A stretch of 64,000 nt of DNA from Bacteroides sp. (GTDB lineage: Bacteria; Bacteroidota; Bacteroidia; Bacteroidales; GCA-2748055), in contig DSEO01000152.1 in the NCBI GenBank assembly GCA_011056635.1, positions 330 to 64,329 on the forward strand. Reading direction: 5' to 3'. This document shows positions 58,740 to 64,000 of the stretch, piece after piece. How positions within the stretch are numbered: position 1 is the first letter of the stretch; the number at the start of each line of letters is the position of its first letter. The position numbers and the translations under genes are program-made. A model generated the notes under the pieces. It made no database searches and was not told the origin of the DNA. It saw nothing but the letters and a program-made list of their open reading frames with translations.

Positions 58740-60005
58740 ATGAAATCGCCTCGGTCGTTGTCATTGACCTCGTCGGTGTACGAGGAAAATGAGACAGAGC
58801 CCCCGGACCTTCTTCCCTCCGGAGCCATTCCCCAGCACAATCACAGAAAAAACGGAGATGTCCTTACTCCTCCCCACAGCGAGAGATCATCGCGGTTCAG
58901 GGAGCAGTATTATCCGGATATTCCCGTGAGTAAATGGAACAGCTGGCAATGGCAGTTAACAAACAGCATCACAACCTGGGAACAGCTGGGAAGATTTTTC
59001 AGCCTGTCCGGCCAGGAGATTCAGGCGGCGCTTATGAAGCACCGCCTGCCCCTGCGGATCACTCCCTATTATGCGAGCCTGATTGATCCTGAAAACCCGT
59101 TGCAGCCCATACGGCGGACCATGATCCCCGTGGTACAGGAATTGCTTATCACCCCAGAAGAACAGGCCGACCCCCTGGGCGAGGAAAATCAGAGTCCGGT
59201 TCCCCAGCTGGTTCACAGGTATCCTGACCGGGTCCTGTTTCTGACAACCGGTGTATGTGCGGCTTATTGCAGGTACTGCACCCGTTCACATATGGTATCA
59301 AAAAAGGACAAGGTCCACACCAGCCTGAGTGTTTGGGACGCAGCGCTGCATTATATCCGGAGTCACCCGGGGATCCGTGATGTACTCTTATCCGGCGGGG
59401 ATCCGCTGACCATGTCCGACAGCAGGCTGGAATACCTGCTTTCCAGGCTGAGGCTCATCCCCCACGTTGAGATCATCCGGATCGGCACCAAGGTTCCCGT
59501 GGTCCTCCCCCAGCGAATTACTCCCGGACTGACAAAAATGCTCAGAAATTACCATCCGCTGCTGATGAGCATTCATTTCACCCATCCCGATGAGATCACT
59601 CCCGAAGCATCCTTTGCCTGCAACCGGCTGGCCGATGCGGGAATCCCGCTTGGCAGCCAGACTGTGCTGCTGAAAGGGATCAATGATACAGTGGAAACCT
59701 ACAAGAACCTGGCCCAGAAGCTGCTGAAGATCAGGGTAAAACCCTATTACCTCTACCAGTGTGACCCCATTCCGGGGTCCTCCCATTTCAGGACACCGGT
59801 ATCCAGGGGTCTGGATATCATCAGGGGGCTTCGCGGATTCACCTCGGGGTATGCCATCCCCCATTTCGTGATCGATGCCCCGGGAGGAGGAGGAAAGATC
59901 CCGCTGCTGCCCGATTACGTGGCGGAAAGAAATGAAGAGGGTTACCTGCTCACGAACTATGAGGGGAAACAATACCTGTACAAAGAACCCCTGGACCTGT
60001 TCTAA
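58740..60005 (+). CDS. kamA: lysine 2,3-aminomutase (KamA/AblA type)
   Basis: Near-collinear with clostridial LAM as I remember it: ITPYYASLID, HRYPDRVLFLTTGVCAAYCRYC, VLLSGGDP, PYYLYQCD and FVIDAPGGGGK. Both lysine-binding Asp positions and the PLP lysine are present. Confidence 0.9.
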   Translation: MKSPRSLSLTSSVYEENETEPPDLLPSGAIPQHNHRKNGDVLTPPHSERSSRFREQYYPDIPVSKWNSWQWQLTNSITTWEQLGRFFSLSGQEIQAALMKHRLPLRITPYYASLIDPENPLQPIRRTMIPVVQELLITPEEQADPLGEENQSPVPQLVHRYPDRVLFLTTGVCAAYCRYCTRSHMVSKKDKVHTSLSVWDAALHYIRSHPGIRDVLLSGGDPLTMSDSRLEYLLSRLRLIPHVEIIRIGTKVPVVLPQRITPGLTKMLRNYHPLLMSIHFTHPDEITPEASFACNRLADAGIPLGSQTVLLKGINDTVETYKNLAQKLLKIRVKPYYLYQCDPIPGSSHFRTPVSRGLDIIRGLRGFTSGYAIPHFVIDAPGGGGKIPLLPDYVAERNEEGYLLTNYEGKQYLYKEPLDLF

Positions 60006-60017
60006 CAGATAGGAAGG

Positions 60018-61763
60018 ATGATCATCATCAGGCGCATCCAGGATGCCACGCTACCCTCTGACAGGAGTGCCATCGAGCAGGTCCAGGAGATCCTCAGGAG
60101 CCGGTTCCCCGATGTGAGGGAAAAATACATCGAAAACATACCCGAACAGCTTACTGATCCCCTCAAATACAGGTTTCGCACCTCCCTGCTGGTTTCCGAA
60201 AACAGGAACGGCACCGTCCGGGGTTTCTCCCTGATGTACCACGCGCCTGACCTACACTTCAGTTACCTCGATTTCATCGCCACCCGGAAGGAGGTAAAAT
60301 CGGGGGGGATCGGAAGCTCGCTGTATGAGAGCGCCAGGGAAGAGGCCCTGAAGCTCAAATCGGTCGGCCTCTTTTTTGAATGTCTGTCCGATGACCCATC
60401 CGTCTGTCGCAATGCAGCGCTGATCGAGGAAAACAAAGCCAGACTGAAGTTCTATGAGCGCTTCGGTGCATTCCCGCTGATCAATACCAGGTATGAGACT
60501 CCTGTGAATCCTGACAAAGATGCGTGTCCGCCATACCTCGTGTGTGATTTCCTGGGACAGCCGCCTGTGGGTAAAAAGACCGCCAGGAAGATCGTGAGGG
60601 CGATCCTGCAGCGGAAATATGAGGACATTGTGACGGCGGATTATATGGATGATGTGGTCCGGTCCATCCAGGATGACCCTGTGAAACTCAGGGAACCCAG
60701 GTATACAAAACCGAGGAAATCACCCGGAACCGGGGCAGCCGCTCAACCCGGCCCGGACCTGATCCGTCTGACCATCAACGACCGCCATTCCATCCACCAT
60801 GTCCGCGACAGGGGTTATGTGGAATCCCCGGTCAGGATTTCCACCATCGCAGCAGAACTGAATGCCTCCGGCCTCTTCAGGGAATTGTCCGTCCGAACAT
60901 TTTCGGAAAAACATATCCAGGCGGTACATGACGCGAAATACATCCAGTATTTCAAGAGGGTGTGCGCTGACTTGCCAGCCGGAAAATCCATCTACCCCTA
61001 TGTGTTCCCCGTCAGAAACAGCGACAGGGCCCCGTCGGACGATTCTGTGCTGGCCGGTTATTACTGCATCGATACCTTCACCCCGCTGAACAGCAATGCA
61101 TACCTGGCTGCCAGAAGAGCTGTGGATTGTGCAATGACCGGCGCCGAATATCTCCTGGGAGGGGGCCGTGCGGTATATGCCCTGGTCCGCCCCCCCGGTC
61201 ACCATGCCGAAAGGAAAGTCTTCGGAGGATTCTGCTACTTCAACTCGGCAGCCATTGCCGCTCATTACCTGTCCCATTACGGAAGGGTTGCCATGCTGGA
61301 CGTGGATTACCACCACGGCAACGGCCAGCAGGATATATTTTACCATCGAAAGGATGTGCTGACCATATCCATTCACGGGCATCCCTCCTTTGCCTATCCC
61401 TATTTCAGCGGTTACTCCGAAGAAAAAGGAGAGGGTGAAGGCCTGGGGTTCAATGTGAACTATCCCATGAAGGAACAGCTTACCGGTGAACTTTACAGGA
61501 CGGTACTTGGCCGGGCCATGGAGCGGATCCGAAGGTTCAAACCGGATTTCCTGGTGGTGCCCCTGGGTCTGGATACATCCAGGGGAGATCCAACGGGCAC
61601 CTGGAGCCTGACCGCGTCGGATTTCAGCCTGAATGGACAGATCATCGGGAAATACAGGTTCCCGACACTGTTTGTACAGGAAGGCGGTTATAAGAACAGG
61701 GTGCTGGGCGTGAATGCCAGGAAATTTTTCCAGGGCTTTCACACGGTATTTTTCAATCAATAA
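60018..61763 (+). CDS. GNAT-like acyltransferase :: histone-deacetylase/acetylpolyamine-amidohydrolase-family fusion
   Basis: Residues ~1-230 have GNAT-like features (KSGGIGSSLYE, ARLKFYERFGA). Residues ~250-575 carry the HDAC-family motifs RPPGHHA, LDVDYHHGNG, GLDTSRGDP and QEGGY. Confidence 0.85.
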   Translation: MIIIRRIQDATLPSDRSAIEQVQEILRSRFPDVREKYIENIPEQLTDPLKYRFRTSLLVSENRNGTVRGFSLMYHAPDLHFSYLDFIATRKEVKSGGIGSSLYESAREEALKLKSVGLFFECLSDDPSVCRNAALIEENKARLKFYERFGAFPLINTRYETPVNPDKDACPPYLVCDFLGQPPVGKKTARKIVRAILQRKYEDIVTADYMDDVVRSIQDDPVKLREPRYTKPRKSPGTGAAAQPGPDLIRLTINDRHSIHHVRDRGYVESPVRISTIAAELNASGLFRELSVRTFSEKHIQAVHDAKYIQYFKRVCADLPAGKSIYPYVFPVRNSDRAPSDDSVLAGYYCIDTFTPLNSNAYLAARRAVDCAMTGAEYLLGGGRAVYALVRPPGHHAERKVFGGFCYFNSAAIAAHYLSHYGRVAMLDVDYHHGNGQQDIFYHRKDVLTISIHGHPSFAYPYFSGYSEEKGEGEGLGFNVNYPMKEQLTGELYRTVLGRAMERIRRFKPDFLVVPLGLDTSRGDPTGTWSLTASDFSLNGQIIGKYRFPTLFVQEGGYKNRVLGVNARKFFQGFHTVFFNQ

Positions 61764-61783
61764 AGCAAAAAAGAACAGCGGGA

Positions 61784-62830
61784 ATGAAACAGCGGAGAAA
61801 TAAACAGTCGACTACCATCGGGCTCACCTATGACCTGAGGGACGAGTACCTGGCCATGGGCTTTACGGAAGAGGAGACGGCCGAATTTGACCGGGAAGGG
61901 ACCATCGTGGCCATTGAAACCACCCTGGAGAGCCTGGGTTACCGGACCGACCGGATCGGTCACATCTGGAACCTGGTGCGCCGCCTGGAGCGGGGCGACC
62001 GCTGGGATATGGTATTCAATATTGCAGAGGGACTCTACGGTGCGGGAAGGGAAGCCCAGGTGCCCGCACTGCTGGACGCCTACCGGATCCCCTATGTGTT
62101 TTCCGGTCCCCTGATCCTGGCGCTTACCCTGGACAAGGCGATGACCAAGGTGATCGTGAAAGATGCCGGGATCGCCACCCCGGAGCACCGGGTGGTGTAC
62201 CATCCCCGGGACATTGCGAAAATCGATCTCCCCTGCCCGCTCTTTGTAAAACCACTGGCCGAGGGAACCGGCAAGGGGATCGATCCCCGGTCGGTCATCC
62301 GTGACCAGGAACAGTTATATGAAGTTTGCAGGCTTCTTCTTTCCAGATACAACCAGCCCGTGCTGGTGGAGACCTACCTGGGCGGAAGGGAGTTCACCGC
62401 GGGGATCGTGGGGACAGGCGACCGGGCCAGGTGCGTGGGGGTGATCGAGATCATCCTGAAGGACAATGCGGAAGAGGGAGTATATTCCTATGTGAACAAG
62501 GAGGAGTGTGAGGAGCGGATCATCTACAGCCTGACGGATCCGGCGGCAGTTGAAGTGTGTGCGGATATGGCCCTGAAAGTCTGGAAGACCCTGCGGTGTG
62601 AGGATGCCGGAAGGGTGGATATCCGCTTTGACGAAGACGGAAAGGCATATTTCCTGGAAGTCAATCCCCTGGCGGGACTGCACCCCGAGCACTCGGACCT
62701 TCCCATTCTGGCCAAACTTCACGGTACCGGCTACAGGGAGCTGATGAAAATGATCATGGATTCGGCAGTCCTGAAACTCAAACAAACCGTGCATGAAACA
62801 GGTACTCCTGTTGATCAATACGCTCACTGA
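61784..62830 (+). CDS. D-alanine--D-alanine ligase-family ATP-grasp protein
   Basis: ATP-grasp layout: LDKAMTKVIVKDAGIATP, LFVKPLAEGTGKGI, VLVETYLGGREF, GRVDIRFDEDGKAYFLEVNPLAGL. Confidence 0.85.
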   Translation: MKQRRNKQSTTIGLTYDLRDEYLAMGFTEEETAEFDREGTIVAIETTLESLGYRTDRIGHIWNLVRRLERGDRWDMVFNIAEGLYGAGREAQVPALLDAYRIPYVFSGPLILALTLDKAMTKVIVKDAGIATPEHRVVYHPRDIAKIDLPCPLFVKPLAEGTGKGIDPRSVIRDQEQLYEVCRLLLSRYNQPVLVETYLGGREFTAGIVGTGDRARCVGVIEIILKDNAEEGVYSYVNKEECEERIIYSLTDPAAVEVCADMALKVWKTLRCEDAGRVDIRFDEDGKAYFLEVNPLAGLHPEHSDLPILAKLHGTGYRELMKMIMDSAVLKLKQTVHETGTPVDQYAH

Positions 62831-63770
62831 CAAGCCTTCCGGGGACGAACTGGATGTACTTGTCCAGGCCGAAGCGGTTGAAAAGGCGCTTGAAAATCTA
62901 GGACACAGCCATTCCAGGGCTTACTGCGGACTGAACCTGGAATACATCCGGGTCCTCCTGGAAACCAGGTCCCCCGACCTGGTCTTCAACCTGGTGGAGA
63001 GCATGGCAGGCAAGGGCTCCCTGATCCATCTGCCCGCCTGGCTGCTGGAAACCTGCGGAATCCCGTTCACCGGCTCACCCGCCTATGCCCTGATGATCAC
63101 AACAGACAAAGTGCGCACCAAATCCATCCTCCGGCAACAGGGGATCCCCACGCCGGACTGGATCCTGCCCGGGAATTGGGATAAGCGGCCCGAAACCGGA
63201 ATAAAATATATCCTGAAACCCATCTGGGAAGACGGTTCCGCCGGGATCACCGATGCATCGGTGGTGGAGGGCGGGACATTCGATTTTGAAGGATTTTCGG
63301 GGGACCATAAGTTCAGGGATTATTTCCTGGAGGAATACATTGACGGCAGGGAATTCAATATCACGCTGCTGGCGGGGCGCGGCGGACCGGAAGTGATGCC
63401 GGTGGCAGAGATGCGGTATGTGGATTATCCGGAGGACAAGCCCCGGATCCTCAATTTCGCCTCCAAATGGGACGAAGGCTCTTTTGAATATGCAAAGACC
63501 ATCCGGAGCTTTGATCTGCCGGAAAAGGACAGTGAACTTTTGTCCCGTTTGAAGGAGATCAGTCTGGAGTGCTGGGGGGTGTTTGAAATGAAGGGTTACG
63601 CCAGGGTGGATTTCCGGGTGGACAGGAATCAGAATCCCTTCGTGCTGGAGGTGAACGCCAATCCGTGTATCTCGCCGGATGCGGGATTTGTGGCCGCGTG
63701 TGCGCATGGAGGAGTGGACTACGATTCCATGATCGGGCGGATCATTACGGATACAATGCTACAAGCATGA
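62793..63770 (+). CDS. second Ddl-like ATP-grasp protein
   Basis: TDKVRTKSILRQQGIPTP, ILKPIWEDGSAGI, LEEYIDGREF and ARVDFRVDRNQNPFVLEVNANPC. The ATG start overlaps the upstream gene by 38 nt. Confidence 0.8.
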   Translation: MKQVLLLINTLTDKPSGDELDVLVQAEAVEKALENLGHSHSRAYCGLNLEYIRVLLETRSPDLVFNLVESMAGKGSLIHLPAWLLETCGIPFTGSPAYALMITTDKVRTKSILRQQGIPTPDWILPGNWDKRPETGIKYILKPIWEDGSAGITDASVVEGGTFDFEGFSGDHKFRDYFLEEYIDGREFNITLLAGRGGPEVMPVAEMRYVDYPEDKPRILNFASKWDEGSFEYAKTIRSFDLPEKDSELLSRLKEISLECWGVFEMKGYARVDFRVDRNQNPFVLEVNANPCISPDAGFVAACAHGGVDYDSMIGRIITDTMLQA

Positions 63771-64000
63771 ATACGGAAAAACACGGGAAGCAGGCAGGCG
63801 TCATCGGGCTCAGGAGTGAGGTACGGACAGGCGACCCGGCCATTGTGGAAGAGATTGTCCGCTCCACCGGTTTCTTCCGGGAAGACGAGGTGACAGTTGC
63901 CGTGGAACTGGTCCGGGAACGCCTGGATAAAGGAGCCGAAAGCGGGTATGAGTTTATCTTCGCCCAGGCAGGCAGCCAAACCGTGGGATACAGCTGCTTC
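63767..64000 (+). CDS. GNAT-family N-acetyltransferase, 3' end cut by window
   Basis: My own translation: MNTEKHGKQAGVIGLRSEVRTGDPAIVEEIVRSTGFFREDEVTVAVELVRERLDKGAESGYEFIFAQAGSQTVGYSCF. ATGA overlap with the upstream stop. The frame is open to the window end. It looks like a GNAT N-terminal half. Confidence 0.6.
   Translation, partial: MNTEKHGKQAGVIGLRSEVRTGDPAIVEEIVRSTGFFREDEVTVAVELVRERLDKGAESGYEFIFAQAGSQTVGYSCF

Noticed and set aside
1-64000. Looked for CRISPR arrays, rRNA or tRNA genes, IS elements, integrases, prophage genes and toxin-antitoxin pairs.
   Set aside because: I saw no regularly spaced repeats, no transposase, integrase or phage-like ORFs, and no structured-RNA signatures on either strand. 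The only notable repeats are the 76-bp pair at 32.5-32.8 kb and short motifs listed above.

Overview
By my gene calls this window is about 94-95% coding. I found no rRNA, tRNA, CRISPR array, transposase or integrase. It looks like a Bacteroidota chromosome. The evidence is a T9SS type-A C-terminal sorting domain, a PorP/SprF paralog, several TAnnTTTG -7 promoter boxes 22-50 nt upstream of start codons, and purH-mreB-mreC-mreD-mrdA-rodA synteny.

Layout:
- 1-12 kb: envelope and secreted proteins (DUF5916, SIS + DUF4954, BNR/T9SS cargo, serine hydrolase, lipoproteins).
- 12-20 kb: two adjacent membrane-anchored signalling proteins (a STAND NTPase-TPR and a TolB-N-like-TPR protein) that share an N-terminal module. 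A 1023-aa multidomain ABC transporter converges on them.
- 20-27 kb: lipoproteins, PorP/SprF plus a PD40-SPOR protein, PPK2, DUF1080 and an M28 peptidase.
- 28-49 kb: housekeeping genes (pgi, DMT transporter, Hsp20, GAF protein, PatB-like lyase, thioesterase, rsmA, mgtE, FtsX-type permease, purH, the rod-shape operon). Two divergent KamA-family radical-SAM aminomutase paralogs are interspersed.
- 49-64 kb: a cluster of compatible-solute-type genes. These are a cyclic-2,3-diphosphoglycerate-synthase homolog, a beta-PGM::GH65 phosphorylase fusion with a Udk-like kinase, an OtsA::OtsB fusion, and a tight five-gene operon.

The operon is the most interesting candidate for an uncharacterised system. 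It encodes a Lys-type 2,3-aminomutase, a GNAT::HDAC-type deacetylase fusion, two Ddl-like ATP-grasp ligases and a GNAT, and it runs off the window end. I read it as an expanded beta-lysine-derived pathway.

All functional calls rest on motif recognition by eye in the supplied translations. No database search was run.
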